From assembly GCA_964291265.2 (NCBI GenBank), contig OZ219746.1, forward strand, positions 324,064 through 388,063: a stretch of DNA of 64,000 nt, in the 5' to 3' direction. The notes beneath the pieces are model-generated. The model was not told the DNA's origin and did no database searches. It worked only from the letters and a program-made list of their open reading frames with translations. The position numbers and the translations under genes were made by a program. Source of the DNA: Alphaproteobacteria bacterium. Its GTDB lineage: Bacteria > Pseudomonadota > Alphaproteobacteria > SP197. Of the stretch, positions 40,188 through 49,922 are shown piece after piece. The first letter of the stretch is position 1, and each line of letters starts with the position of its first letter.

Positions 40188-40799
40188 ATGACCGGGGAGA
40201 ATGCTCTGCGTGATGCGTTCATGGCGTGGCAGTGCCTCATCCGCCAGCACGCCATGCGCAGGGAGAACGGGCGTCCCTCAAGCGCCATGACCCCCCGTGT
40301 CGTCCTTGCCAACGGAAGCGCACCGAGACACATCCGCACGGTTCTCCTCGAGCAGGAGCCGGTCTCCTCGGGCGCTCTCTTTCGCCAGACTGTCTCGAGC
40401 ACCCATGATCCCCGGGAGCGCTTCGAGAAGGGACTGAAGCACCTGGCGGCGACCTATTTCCAGACATCGCGGGAGTTCGAGCCGCGGCTGTTCGCCCAGT
40501 TCTCCCGGCATTCCACGGATGCGGATGCTCTCGTTGCCGCCGGCAGCGCAACGCTCCACTTCGAGCAGTTCAGCCAGTCCTGGATCCTACCGTGCGGCGT
40601 TCAGGACCTGGCGTGCGACGATCCCTTCGCCACGGTGCTCTTCTGGCACAATGCCCTCTTTGCCCCGCCGCCCGCGTCACCACGGGCCCTCGCCTTCCTC
40701 CCCGACTGGCACGCAGCGACTGCCAACCCTCCAGTGCAGCCCGTCATCCTGGACGGCACTAAACCGAAGTTCCAGGGCCGATCAGGCGCAAGTATCTGA
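40188..40799 (+). CDS. Hypothetical protein; last ~12 codons supplied by MITE copy 2
   Basis: FMAWQCLIRQHAMR...THDPRERFEKGL; ORF runs into the element starting at 40763. Confidence 0.7.
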   Translation: MTGENALRDAFMAWQCLIRQHAMRRENGRPSSAMTPRVVLANGSAPRHIRTVLLEQEPVSSGALFRQTVSSTHDPRERFEKGLKHLAATYFQTSREFEPRLFAQFSRHSTDADALVAAGSATLHFEQFSQSWILPCGVQDLACDDPFATVLFWHNALFAPPPASPRALAFLPDWHAATANPPVQPVILDGTKPKFQGRSGASI

Positions 40800-41199
40800 T
40801 ATGAATGACATTCGATGGATCTCAGAGGCGTCTGACTGGGTACACTACGGCTTTACGCCGAGGAGTTTGAGTGCTCTTCTCCGGAGCGGCGTGGGCGGCG
40901 TGGTGACCTGGAAGGGCCCGGCGCCCGCAAGGTGGAGCCATGGTGTTGCGGGTGATGGTGCGCTTCTTGACCTTTCCGACTTCGCGTCGGGGGCTTGCGG
41001 AGCAGGATGGCAGGTGGAGGGGACTGGTTGAGGAGGGCTTTGATGTACATGGCTACCGTGTATAGGCGCACCACGAACATATATAAAACACAAGGTGCAT
41101 TCGTACATGGGCACACTGTGAAGCCTGATGAATCCGACAAATAGCGCAAAATCAGCGAGTTGTTGTGAATATCAGCAGGAAATCATCTGGAACTTCGGG
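40763..41199 (-). mobile_element. IS1634-derived MITE, copy 2 (inverted)
   Basis: Reverse-complement homologue of 27272-27709 with scattered substitutions; CTAA on both flanks (40759-40762, 41200-41203). Confidence 0.8.
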
Positions 41200-41650
41200 C
41201 TAAACATGCGAGGGCTCTCGGTGCCCTTGTTGTCGAGATTGCGAATCCAGAGAAGCCTGCACGGGGTCGAACCGGCCATTGACGGCGGCACGATCTTGCG
41301 CCTGCTCAAGGCCCTTGCCCAGTTCTTCGATGCCCTCGCAGACGCCGGCAAGGCATGCCGTCGGGGATCTTCATCGACCGTTGCAGGACGAAGGATGTTG
41401 AGGAGCTCAGACCGTGCAGTCGATGCGCGTCCTCGTCGCGCACAGGATCGTCGACCTGAGTCATGGCCCGGACCGCTCCGCCGTGTCGGGCCGGCGATCG
41501 GTCTCCAACCCGGTTTCCCGCTCCATTGCAGAAACAACGGCACGGCACGAGCTTCACATCCCACCTCGCAGGACAGAGCGTTTCTCCTCTCCACCTTCAT
41601 CTCGCTTCCCTGCCGCGGCAGGGGAGGAATTCACACGTTTCCACATTGCT

Positions 41651-41977
41651 TCAGCGAACCTCGATCAGGCCCTCACCTTCTTTCAAGGCAGCCTCGATCT
41701 CCCTGAGCAGGGGAGCCAGGCGGATTCGAAGGGCAGCATTGCTCGTATTGCCGCAACGTATCCAGATCACCCTCAAGCCAGGTGATTGGCGCGCCCTCTC
41801 GGCGAAATCTGCATCGCTGGACCAGACGACAGCGCCCCTGTCGCGCGCCCAGGTCTCGATATGCTCGTTTGCCGTGGAACCGAGTCCGATGTCGTTCACG
41901 TGATCACAAGCGTGACCTCTCGCCCAAAGCCATTGCGCCAGACCTGGCGGCAGTTGCGCATCGATCAGAAAGCGCAC
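41651..41977 (-). CDS. DUF5615/VapC45-like PIN protein (toxin)
   Basis: MRFLIDAQLP, SSDADF, VIWIRCGNTS; 108 aa. Confidence 0.88.
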   Translation of the reverse strand: MRFLIDAQLPPGLAQWLWARGHACDHVNDIGLGSTANEHIETWARDRGAVVWSSDADFAERARQSPGLRVIWIRCGNTSNAALRIRLAPLLREIEAALKEGEGLIEVR

Positions 41978-42621
41978 GGTTCAGGCGGCCGAATCACACG
42001 ATGGTCGACCGTGTCCGCAGCCCACGCCAGGGCTTCTCTGAGGTCCTCTTCATCGAGATAGGGATAGTCGTCAAGAATCTCATCCGAGGTCACACCGGAC
42101 GCCATGAGATGCAGGATGTCGGACACCCGGACACGGGTGTTCCGGATGTATGGCCGTCCGGCGCAGATCGAGGGATCGACAACGATTCGGCCCATGGTCT
42201 CGGGGACACTGCAGACTTCATGGAGAACCTCGGTCAGGAGGCATATTCTGGCGTCCTTGCGCGGGCCTGAATGTCCATGGCGCTGAAGGAAGCGGCACAA
42301 GGCTCGGCCCAGAGAAACGGCCAGGCCCGTGTCGTGATCAATGGGATGGAACCACATCTGGAGAGTGTTTTCGGTCTTTCCTCCGTCTCTCGCATCTCTC
42401 TCCCGCAAGTACGCCGCCGCAGTGTTGTCCACGTATCCCACGAACTTCGAGGGAGCGAAAAGCCATCGTTCACCCTCCGGCCTGAACGCATACCAGGCGT
42501 GGGCCTGTGACATCAGGCTTGTCAGTTCCGCGCCTCGCTGTTCGTCCTTGATGGCCATCTGATAGCGCAGAATGTTCTCGACCGCCTGTTCGGGACTGGA
42601 AACCAGTACGCTGCCTTTCAT
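41965..42621 (-). CDS. DUF433 antitoxin domain fused to an extra ~140-aa N-terminal domain
   Basis: C-term RIVVDPSICAGRPYIRNTRVRV...EILDDYPYL (DUF433); N-term AWYAF...FAPSKFVGY. Confidence 0.8.
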   Translation of the reverse strand: MKGSVLVSSPEQAVENILRYQMAIKDEQRGAELTSLMSQAHAWYAFRPEGERWLFAPSKFVGYVDNTAAAYLRERDARDGGKTENTLQMWFHPIDHDTGLAVSLGRALCRFLQRHGHSGPRKDARICLLTEVLHEVCSVPETMGRIVVDPSICAGRPYIRNTRVRVSDILHLMASGVTSDEILDDYPYLDEEDLREALAWAADTVDHRVIRPPEPCAF

Positions 42622-43245
42622 CGGAGCACTCCCTTGCACGATCGTCGCAACAGTCAGGATGGGGCACTGAGAGAACTCACCAAAGTAATCATTATGGCCG
42701 TGGCGTGAAGGTATCATTCCAATCGCCGTGAAAGGGGTCTCTGCGGATGGCGATGCCGCTCATCTTCTTCCCACGACACCGTTTGGACGGGTCCGTGAGC
42801 GGGCCGCATGATCATCCGGCAAGCCGGGGTTGTTGTTGGCTGCATGGAACGGCGGGATGAGGGGACCAGGCGATCACTCCCGTTGTCGGGAGACCGAGCC
42901 AGAGTTCCTTCGGGACGTCGTCTGGCGGGCATCGGTTCTTCAGACGGGCGCGACATCGGCGGGATCGTTCGGGGTCCAGACAGGGCCCATGCACCTCGGG
43001 TCGTTGATCCGCACGGAATGGTGTCCTGACCGGCGGCGGCTTCCCGGTCATGATTCCCGGAACACTCGAACGCCGGTCCGGGGGTTGGGAGGCGACGTGC
43101 GATGAGCAGAATTGACACGCAGGGTGTGGCACGCTCACCCTGGAGCCGGAGCAGAGCTTCTCGATGTGGCGAGTCGCGAGGTCACGGCGACGAATCGTTG
43201 CGGATGATCCCTTCGCCGTTCCTGTCTGCACAACTGGTTCGAGAG

Positions 43246-43647
43246 TCAGAACTTGCGATAGGCGCGGTTGAGATCGCGCATGGGATGGCGGTCCGACATC
43301 TGGAACTTGATCAGGAGTTCGCGGGCGATCATGTCGCGGTCCTGCTGGTTGTCCGGCAAGTCGACGGAGTCCGGAACCCGGATCCAGCCATTGGCATTGC
43401 GATCGAAGACCGCGGCCTGGTTTTCCTCGTAGCCCATGTGGACATCCTCGAGCCAGTTGAGATCGTCCCAGCCCATGAGTTCGATGTAGGTCTGCAGGAA
43501 CGGCGTCAACCGGTCATAGTCGGGAAGCAGGTTGACATCGTAGCGATAGCCGATGTGCTGGCCGATCTCCTTCTCGCGGGAGGTATCGAGGCCGTCCGAG
43601 GTGAGGAAGTAGTCGACATCGGCGGTGTTGTCAGTGGTGCCTGTCAT
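43246..43647 (-). CDS. Hypothetical acidic protein, last gene of GS/mgs-like operon
   Basis: RBS-like AGGAAA upstream, coding-like codon usage, 19 bp downstream of the mgsC-like gene. Confidence 0.75.
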   Translation of the reverse strand: MTGTTDNTADVDYFLTSDGLDTSREKEIGQHIGYRYDVNLLPDYDRLTPFLQTYIELMGWDDLNWLEDVHMGYEENQAAVFDRNANGWIRVPDSVDLPDNQQDRDMIARELLIKFQMSDRHPMRDLNRAYRKF

Positions 43648-43666
43648 CTGCGTTTCCTGCCCCTTG

Positions 43667-45019
43667 TCAGAGGTGGTGGTAGTCGTCGATGCCGACGGTG
43701 TGATTGGTCCCAGCCAGGGGGACGCCGGCCATGGCCGAGGCTTCCATGGTCAGCGCCGCCAGATCCTCCGGCTCAAGGCTGTGGACGTTGGTCTTGCCAC
43801 AGGCCCGCGCCATCATCTGACACTCGATGGCCAGCGTATGGAGGATGTTGTAGACGCGTTCGGCCGCATCGTCGGGGTTGAGGCGCTTGCGGAGCTCCGG
43901 ATCCTGGGTGGCGACACCGACCGGGCAGCGGCCGGTGTGGCAGTGGTAGCAGTATCCGGCGGGAACACCGATAGTGCCCTCGTAGTCCGCCTCCGGGATG
44001 TCCTTGTTGCAGTTGAGGGCCATCATGGCCGTTGTTCCGATCGCGACCGCGTCGGCGCCCAGAGCGAGCGCCTTCGCCAGGTCACCGCCGTTCCTCACCG
44101 CACCGGCATAGATGAGCGTGATGTCGCCGCGCTTGCCGAGATCGTCGATGGCCCGCCTGGCCTGGCGTATGGCGGCGATACCCGGAATGCCGGTTTCCTC
44201 CGTGGCAAGGTGGGGACCTGCCCCGGTCGAACCCTCCATGCCGTCGATGTAGATGGAGTCGGGATCACACTTCACGGCCATGCGCACGTCATCGTAGACA
44301 CGCGCCGCACCAAGCTTGAGCTGGATCGGAATCTGGTAGTTCGTCGCCTCGCGAATCTCCTGGATCTTGAGGGCAAGGTCGTCGGGACCCAGCCAGTCCG
44401 GATGACGAGCCGGCGAGCGCTGGTCGATACCCGCAGGCAGGGACCGCATCTCGGCCACCTGGTCCGTGACCTTCTGGCCCATGAGATGGCCGCCAAGGCC
44501 GACCTTGCAGCCCTGGCCGATGAAGAACTCGCAACCGTCGGCCAGCCGCAGGTGATGCGGATTGAAGCCGTAGCGCGACTGGATGCACTGGTAGAACCAC
44601 TTCTCCGAGTAGCGGCGTTCATCGGGGATCATGCCGCCTTCGCCGGAACACGTCGCCGTACCCGCCATGGTGGCGCCGCGTGCCAGGGCGGTCTTCGCCT
44701 CGTAACTCAACGCACCGAAGCTCATGCCGGTGACGTAGACCGGGATATCGAGCACCAGGGGACGTCCGGCACGGGGGCCGATCACGGTTTGTGTCTGGCA
44801 CTTCTCGCGATATCCCTCGATCACGAAACGGGTCAGGGTGCCCGGAAGAAAGGTGAGATCGTCCCAGGTCGGGATCTTCTTGAAGAGCGCCATGCCGCGC
44901 ATGCGGTAACGTCCGAGCTCGGCCTTGATGTGGATGTCGTCCACCACCTGCGGCGGAAACATGAAGTTCTGGCCGAGGATTTCCCTGTTGCGGCCACTGC
45001 CGTTTGCGTCTGCAGTCAT
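43667..45019 (-). CDS. FMN-binding glutamate synthase family protein (MgsC/GlxD-like)
   Basis: GMSFGALS, SGEGG, GQGCKVGLGG, RHPDWLGPDDL, CYHCHTGRCPVGVATQDP. Confidence 0.9.
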   Translation of the reverse strand: MTADANGSGRNREILGQNFMFPPQVVDDIHIKAELGRYRMRGMALFKKIPTWDDLTFLPGTLTRFVIEGYREKCQTQTVIGPRAGRPLVLDIPVYVTGMSFGALSYEAKTALARGATMAGTATCSGEGGMIPDERRYSEKWFYQCIQSRYGFNPHHLRLADGCEFFIGQGCKVGLGGHLMGQKVTDQVAEMRSLPAGIDQRSPARHPDWLGPDDLALKIQEIREATNYQIPIQLKLGAARVYDDVRMAVKCDPDSIYIDGMEGSTGAGPHLATEETGIPGIAAIRQARRAIDDLGKRGDITLIYAGAVRNGGDLAKALALGADAVAIGTTAMMALNCNKDIPEADYEGTIGVPAGYCYHCHTGRCPVGVATQDPELRKRLNPDDAAERVYNILHTLAIECQMMARACGKTNVHSLEPEDLAALTMEASAMAGVPLAGTNHTVGIDDYHHL

Positions 45020-45041
45020 TTTCTGGTTGTCTCCCACCGGT

Positions 45042-45887
45042 CTAGAGAACGATCTTCTTCTCTGACGGTTCAAGATTGTCGTAGTTCCACAGTTGCTTGC
45101 CGGCGACGATCTTGGTCATGTTGGCGACACCGTTTGGGGCGCTGAGGCCATACATGGCGAGCTTGCGCTCGAGCCAGGCGCAGTCGAGATCGGTCATGTC
45201 CCCCGGCACGGCATCGACGCCGAGACTCTCGATCGCGCCTCCGACAAAGATTGTTCCGTCGTACATCGAATCACCGAGATTCTTGCCTGCGTCGCCGAGC
45301 ACGATCATGCGGCCCCGCTGCATCATGAACGCCGAGAACGCGCCGGTTCGGCCCCCGACGATGATGGTGCCGCCCTTCTGGTCAATGCCTGTCCGCGAAC
45401 CGACGTCCCCCATGCAGACGAGATCGCCGCCTCGCATGGCTGCCCCGAAGGTGGAGCCGGCGTTCTTTTCGATGATCACGGTGCCGGCCATCATGTTCTC
45501 TGCGCAGGACCAGCCGACACGGCCGGTCACCCTGACGTTGGGGCCGTCAATGAGGCCGACGCCAAAGTACCCGAGGCTCCCCTCGAAGGTGAGATTGAGT
45601 CGCTGCAGGATACCCACGCCCAGGGAGTGGCGGGCCTGGGGATTGCGGACAACGATGGAGCCATGTCCCTCGGACATCAGGTCGCGGATCTTCCGGTTCA
45701 CATCCCGGGCATCCATGTCGACGGCATCGATGACGGAGCGCTTGTTGAAATCGACATCGAAAGCTTCCGGGTAGAGATGGTTCTCCTCTTCGCTGATGTC
45801 GAAGAACCTCTGCTGCGTTCGCCCGGTGAGCTGCTCGGTGTGCAGCCCCATGTCGTGTGAACGCGCGGTCTCCTTCAGCTCTGCCAT
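45042..45887 (-). CDS. GXGXG-motif protein (MgsB/GlxC-like)
   Basis: Repeated GxxG beta-helix motifs, AENMMAG, MRGG, GDSMYDG. Confidence 0.88.
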   Translation of the reverse strand: MAELKETARSHDMGLHTEQLTGRTQQRFFDISEEENHLYPEAFDVDFNKRSVIDAVDMDARDVNRKIRDLMSEGHGSIVVRNPQARHSLGVGILQRLNLTFEGSLGYFGVGLIDGPNVRVTGRVGWSCAENMMAGTVIIEKNAGSTFGAAMRGGDLVCMGDVGSRTGIDQKGGTIIVGGRTGAFSAFMMQRGRMIVLGDAGKNLGDSMYDGTIFVGGAIESLGVDAVPGDMTDLDCAWLERKLAMYGLSAPNGVANMTKIVAGKQLWNYDNLEPSEKKIVL

Positions 45888-46810
45888 ACCCGAACCTCCC
45901 GGTCGTAGGGATCGTGCGTGTCGATTTCGTGGGGCAGGACCTGGCGGATGGCGACCTCTTCGGAAGCCATGGCCACCAAGTCGTCGCTTTCGTAGAGCAC
46001 CATGGGCTTGGCGGCCATGTCGTCCTTGGCCATCCCGAGTTTGTCCGACGTTGCCACGAGGTAGGTGAAGACCCCGTCGAACTCGTCGACCGACTGCACC
46101 ATGGCTGCTTCGAGATCGACGCCTTCCTGCAGCTTGTCGGCGAGGTAGACCGAGATGAGCTCGCTGTCGCAACTGGACATGAAGCGGAAGTCCTTGCGCT
46201 CGAGTTCCCGGCGCATGATCCAGTAGTTGGTGAGCTGGCCGTTGTGGACCACCGCAATGTCGTTGTAGGGATAGGCCCAGTAGGGATGGGCGGAGCGGAT
46301 GTCGACATCCGATTCCGTGGCCATGCGGGTGTGCCCGATCGCATGCGTGCCGTTGAAGCCCCTGAGCGCGTACTGATCCGACACGGTCGACGCGTCTCCC
46401 AGATCCTTGACCAGTTCAAGACGGCTGCCGAGAGAGAGGATTTCAGTCGAGGTCACGTCCTCGACATAATCAACCACCTTGCGCATGTCACCGCCATGCC
46501 TGATGCGGTAGCGATAGGCATACTCCGTGGCATCGACGGTCTCGACCACCTCGACCCCGAGTTCGGCGAGGCGGCGGTCGACTTCGGCCCTGCGGTCCCG
46601 AATCTCCTGATGGATGTTGTATCCCTTCGCCGCGTCTTCCTGTTCGGCGACCTTGAAGCGCAGGACAAACTCGTCCTCCCGGGGCATGCCGTAGATGGCA
46701 AACCCCGTCGAGTCCGGTCCCCTGTGCTTGAGCGACTGCAACATGGAGGTCATTTCCGAACCGATGTCGGACGACCTGTTGCGGTGGATGATGCCTGCTA
46801 TGCCACACAT
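45875..46810 (-). CDS. Class II glutamine amidotransferase (MgsA/GlxB-like)
   Basis: MCGIAG, HRGPDSTG, IGHTRMATES, VHNGQLTN, DSE. Confidence 0.9.
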   Translation of the reverse strand: MCGIAGIIHRNRSSDIGSEMTSMLQSLKHRGPDSTGFAIYGMPREDEFVLRFKVAEQEDAAKGYNIHQEIRDRRAEVDRRLAELGVEVVETVDATEYAYRYRIRHGGDMRKVVDYVEDVTSTEILSLGSRLELVKDLGDASTVSDQYALRGFNGTHAIGHTRMATESDVDIRSAHPYWAYPYNDIAVVHNGQLTNYWIMRRELERKDFRFMSSCDSELISVYLADKLQEGVDLEAAMVQSVDEFDGVFTYLVATSDKLGMAKDDMAAKPMVLYESDDLVAMASEEVAIRQVLPHEIDTHDPYDREVRVWQS

Positions 46811-46880
46811 GCCTTGTTGTCTCCCCTTGTCTTCGGGCGGCAGCGGGATGGGTTCCGCCGCCGTCCTGACAAACTGCCCG

Positions 46881-48353
46881 TCAGGGCAGACAATCCCAGT
46901 AGGTCTCGACGTCCCATTCGGTGACGGTGGCCATGAAGGTCTCCCACTCGTTGGTCTTGTAGTGCATGAAGATCTTGTACATGTCACCCGGCATCGATGA
47001 CTTGATCACCTCGTCGTTGCGCAGGCGATCGAGAGCGTCGCCAAGCGACATGGGCAGTTTCTTGACCAGCTTGCCCTCTTCCATGGCCTGGTAGATGTTG
47101 CGCTCCTCGGGTTCGCCCGGATCGAGATCGTTGTCGATGCCGTCGTCGAAGGCCTGAATCAGGGCACTGGCCATGAGATAGGGGTTGACCATGGAGTCGA
47201 CGGCCCGGTACTCGAAACGACCCGGTGCCGAGACGCGCATGCCGGTGGTCCGGTTCTGGTATCCCCAGTCGGCAAACACCGGAGCCCAGAAACCGGTATC
47301 CCACAGGCGGCGGTAGGAATTGACCGTGGAGCAGCCGATGGCCGTGAGGGCGCCAAGATGCGCCATGATGCCACCGATGGCCTTGAGGCCGACACTGCCG
47401 GGCTTGCGTGGATCGGCGCCGTCCGGGAGGAAGGTGTTGGTGCCTCCCTTGCGATAGGCGAAGTTCTCCACCATGCCCGCCGGCTGGTCCTGTCCCAGCG
47501 TGTTGATCTCGTCGGTACCGTCCGTCCACAGGGACACATTGTGGTGGCACCCCGATGCCGAGACACCCATGAACGGCTTCGACATGAAGCACGCTATGAG
47601 GTTGTTCTCGCGCGCCACCTGGGCACAGATCTGCCGGTAGGTGGTGAGGCGGTCGGCGGTGCGCAGGGCATCGTCGAACTGGAAGTTGAGTTCCAGCTGG
47701 CCCGGCGCGTCCTCATGGTCGCCCTGGATCATGTCGAGACCCATGGCGCGGCTGTACTCGATCGCCTTCATGAAGACCGGGCGCAGACTCTCGAACTGGT
47801 CGATGTGGTAGCAGTTCGGCTTCGAAAAACCGCCATCGGGCAGGCCGTTCTCGCCCTTCTTGAGCCACATCATTTCCGGCTCGGTACCATGGCGCATATG
47901 CAGGCCGCCGTGCTTTTCCTGGAAGGCGTCATGGATGCGCCGCAGGTTGCCGCGACAGTCTCCGGTGAAGTAGGCCCCCGGACTGACGGGTTCCTCGCGG
48001 TTGCGGAAGCAGGTGCAGTAGACACGCGCCACGCGCTTGTCCCAGGGAAGCTGCACGAATGTCTCCGGATCGGGGATGCCCACAAGCTCGGACGATTCCG
48101 GTCCGTATCCGATGTAGCTTCCGTAACGGTCGACATAGAGATTGGCGACAGAGCCGTAGACCAGCTGGAAACCCCGTTCGGCGATGGTCTCCCAGTGATC
48201 GGCGGGAACGCCTTTGCCGACAATGCGCCCGGTCACCGAAATGAACTGGTAGTAGATGTAGTCGATGTTCAGTTCATCGATTTTCTCGCGCACCCGGCGC
48301 ACCATGTCGGCACGACCTTCCTGTTCAACGTAACGTTCGATGTCCATCGGCAT
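46881..48353 (-). CDS. Glutamine synthetase-family ligase (gamma-glutamylamide synthetase-like)
   Basis: GTEPE, DHEDAPGQLELNF, SKPFMGVSASGCHHN, NRTTGMRV, RFEYRAVD. Confidence 0.9.
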   Translation of the reverse strand: MPMDIERYVEQEGRADMVRRVREKIDELNIDYIYYQFISVTGRIVGKGVPADHWETIAERGFQLVYGSVANLYVDRYGSYIGYGPESSELVGIPDPETFVQLPWDKRVARVYCTCFRNREEPVSPGAYFTGDCRGNLRRIHDAFQEKHGGLHMRHGTEPEMMWLKKGENGLPDGGFSKPNCYHIDQFESLRPVFMKAIEYSRAMGLDMIQGDHEDAPGQLELNFQFDDALRTADRLTTYRQICAQVARENNLIACFMSKPFMGVSASGCHHNVSLWTDGTDEINTLGQDQPAGMVENFAYRKGGTNTFLPDGADPRKPGSVGLKAIGGIMAHLGALTAIGCSTVNSYRRLWDTGFWAPVFADWGYQNRTTGMRVSAPGRFEYRAVDSMVNPYLMASALIQAFDDGIDNDLDPGEPEERNIYQAMEEGKLVKKLPMSLGDALDRLRNDEVIKSSMPGDMYKIFMHYKTNEWETFMATVTEWDVETYWDCLP

Positions 48354-48426
48354 GGATCCTGCTCTCCCTTCGGGTCGATTCTTCGGGTTGTCCTTCTCCC
48401 CTGGATGGCCAGGGCCGGCGGTTTCG

Positions 48427-49764
48427 TCAGCTCCACGGGAAGGGGCTGTTCGACACCGGATGCAGTTGTCCTTCGGCATAACGTGAAAAGCGGAACGGCT
48501 CGAGAAGCTCCATGGTCTCGCCGACACATTCGGCCGCCACGAGCTTGCCGACGCCGATCATCTTGTAGCCGTGATTGGAGTCGGCGATCATCTGGACATT
48601 CTCGCACATCGTGTCGAAGACCGGGAAGCTGTCGGGCGTGAAACAGCCAAGGCCTCCCGATGGTTCCTTCTTCCAGTGTCTCATCTGGCCGGAGAATCGC
48701 TCCTGACAATGTGCCAGGGCCGAACACCACATGTGGGCGAACTCGTCGCCGACGATGAAATCCGGCGATTCCGGACCATAGGGATCCAGCGCCACCTTGT
48801 TCACCGGCGTGGAGACCTCGTAGGGCATGGCGCCGCCCTGGATGCCGGCGAAGTTGAAGTCGGGCTTGTAGTAGATGCCCCACATTTCCTCGGTGATGAC
48901 GGAGCCATCGACATCGGAACAAAGCGGGGCATCGGTGTCGACATGGATGACCGGCGGCATGGCACCGTCATTCGTCTTCTGCAGGTTCGGGTCGACGCCG
49001 AGCGTTCCTTCTTCAAGGCACCAGTAGCGCCACATGTCGATGCCGTGGTGCATCGAGCCGACGGCGCCCTTGATGGAGACGCTCTGCGGCAGATCCAGCA
49101 TGGCCCAGATCTTGGAGACCCACGGGCCCACGGCCACCACGACCATGTCGGTTTCGATCGTGCCCCTGTCCGTGATGACGGCGCTCACCGCTTCGCCGGA
49201 GCGCCTGAAACCGGTGACGGTGCAGCCGGTGATGATGCGGACACCCTCGCGTTCGGCCTTGGTGGCAAGCCCGTAGATGGACGCGGTGTTGTTGGCGTAG
49301 CCGCCCTTCTTTTCGTGCAGCACCGAGGTGATGTTCTGCGCCCGCCAGTCGGAAAACAGCGACCTCATGTAGGTCATGCAGTCGTCCGCGCCCTCGATGA
49401 AGGCCGACTCGTAGCCAATTGCCTGCTGCTGCCGGTAGATCGTCGAGACGTCCTCATGCATGGACTCGCTGGAAATCTGCATGTAGCCGACCGGGTGATA
49501 GCTGTAGGTTTCAGGGTCGCTTTCCCATACCTCGACGGACTGTGCCATGAGTTCGCGCATGGCCGGCTGGTAGTAGTTGTTGCGGACCACGCCACAGGCG
49601 ATGCCGCTGGCGCCGGCCGCAATTCCCGTCTTGTCCAGAACCAGGATGTCCTCGCCACTGCCCCGCCCCCGAGCCTTGAGTTCCAGGGCGAGATGGAAGG
49701 CCGTCGAAAGGCCGTGGATACCGGCTCCGATGATCACGTAGGGTGCGCTGTCCGGGAATGCCAT
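48427..49764 (-). CDS. FAD-dependent oxidoreductase (DAO family, SoxB/MgdA-like)
   Basis: IIGAGIHGLS, ASGIACGVVR, FTPDSFP, HGYKM, RFSRY. Confidence 0.88.
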   Translation of the reverse strand: MAFPDSAPYVIIGAGIHGLSTAFHLALELKARGRGSGEDILVLDKTGIAAGASGIACGVVRNNYYQPAMRELMAQSVEVWESDPETYSYHPVGYMQISSESMHEDVSTIYRQQQAIGYESAFIEGADDCMTYMRSLFSDWRAQNITSVLHEKKGGYANNTASIYGLATKAEREGVRIITGCTVTGFRRSGEAVSAVITDRGTIETDMVVVAVGPWVSKIWAMLDLPQSVSIKGAVGSMHHGIDMWRYWCLEEGTLGVDPNLQKTNDGAMPPVIHVDTDAPLCSDVDGSVITEEMWGIYYKPDFNFAGIQGGAMPYEVSTPVNKVALDPYGPESPDFIVGDEFAHMWCSALAHCQERFSGQMRHWKKEPSGGLGCFTPDSFPVFDTMCENVQMIADSNHGYKMIGVGKLVAAECVGETMELLEPFRFSRYAEGQLHPVSNSPFPWS

Positions 49765-49826
49765 GCGGTGTTCGTCCCCTGTTGTTCGCAATGTCCGTTC
49801 TCGCCAAGGGACGGAAGGGAGAGTGC

Positions 49827-49878
49827 TTGACGATCAATGACCCGCCAGTTATACCAATAGTGAACCAATACAACCAAT
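49827..49878 (+). promoter_or_regulatory. Candidate promoter with three ACCAAT direct repeats (putative GntR operator)
   Basis: TTGACG-N17-TATACC; ACCAAT at 49853, 49864 and 49873 in an AT-rich divergent intergenic region. Confidence 0.5.
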
Positions 49879-49922
49879 CCGGAAACACTAGAACACGCTT
49901 CATGCCGATGTCAAGACCAGCG

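Noticed and set aside
41204-41640. Short ORFs between MITE copy 2 and the PIN gene
   Set aside because: No motif support; likely degraded sequence.
42720-43240. Long intergenic region inspected for riboswitch, tRNA or sRNA
   Set aside because: No recognisable conserved motif by eye; an Rfam search is needed.
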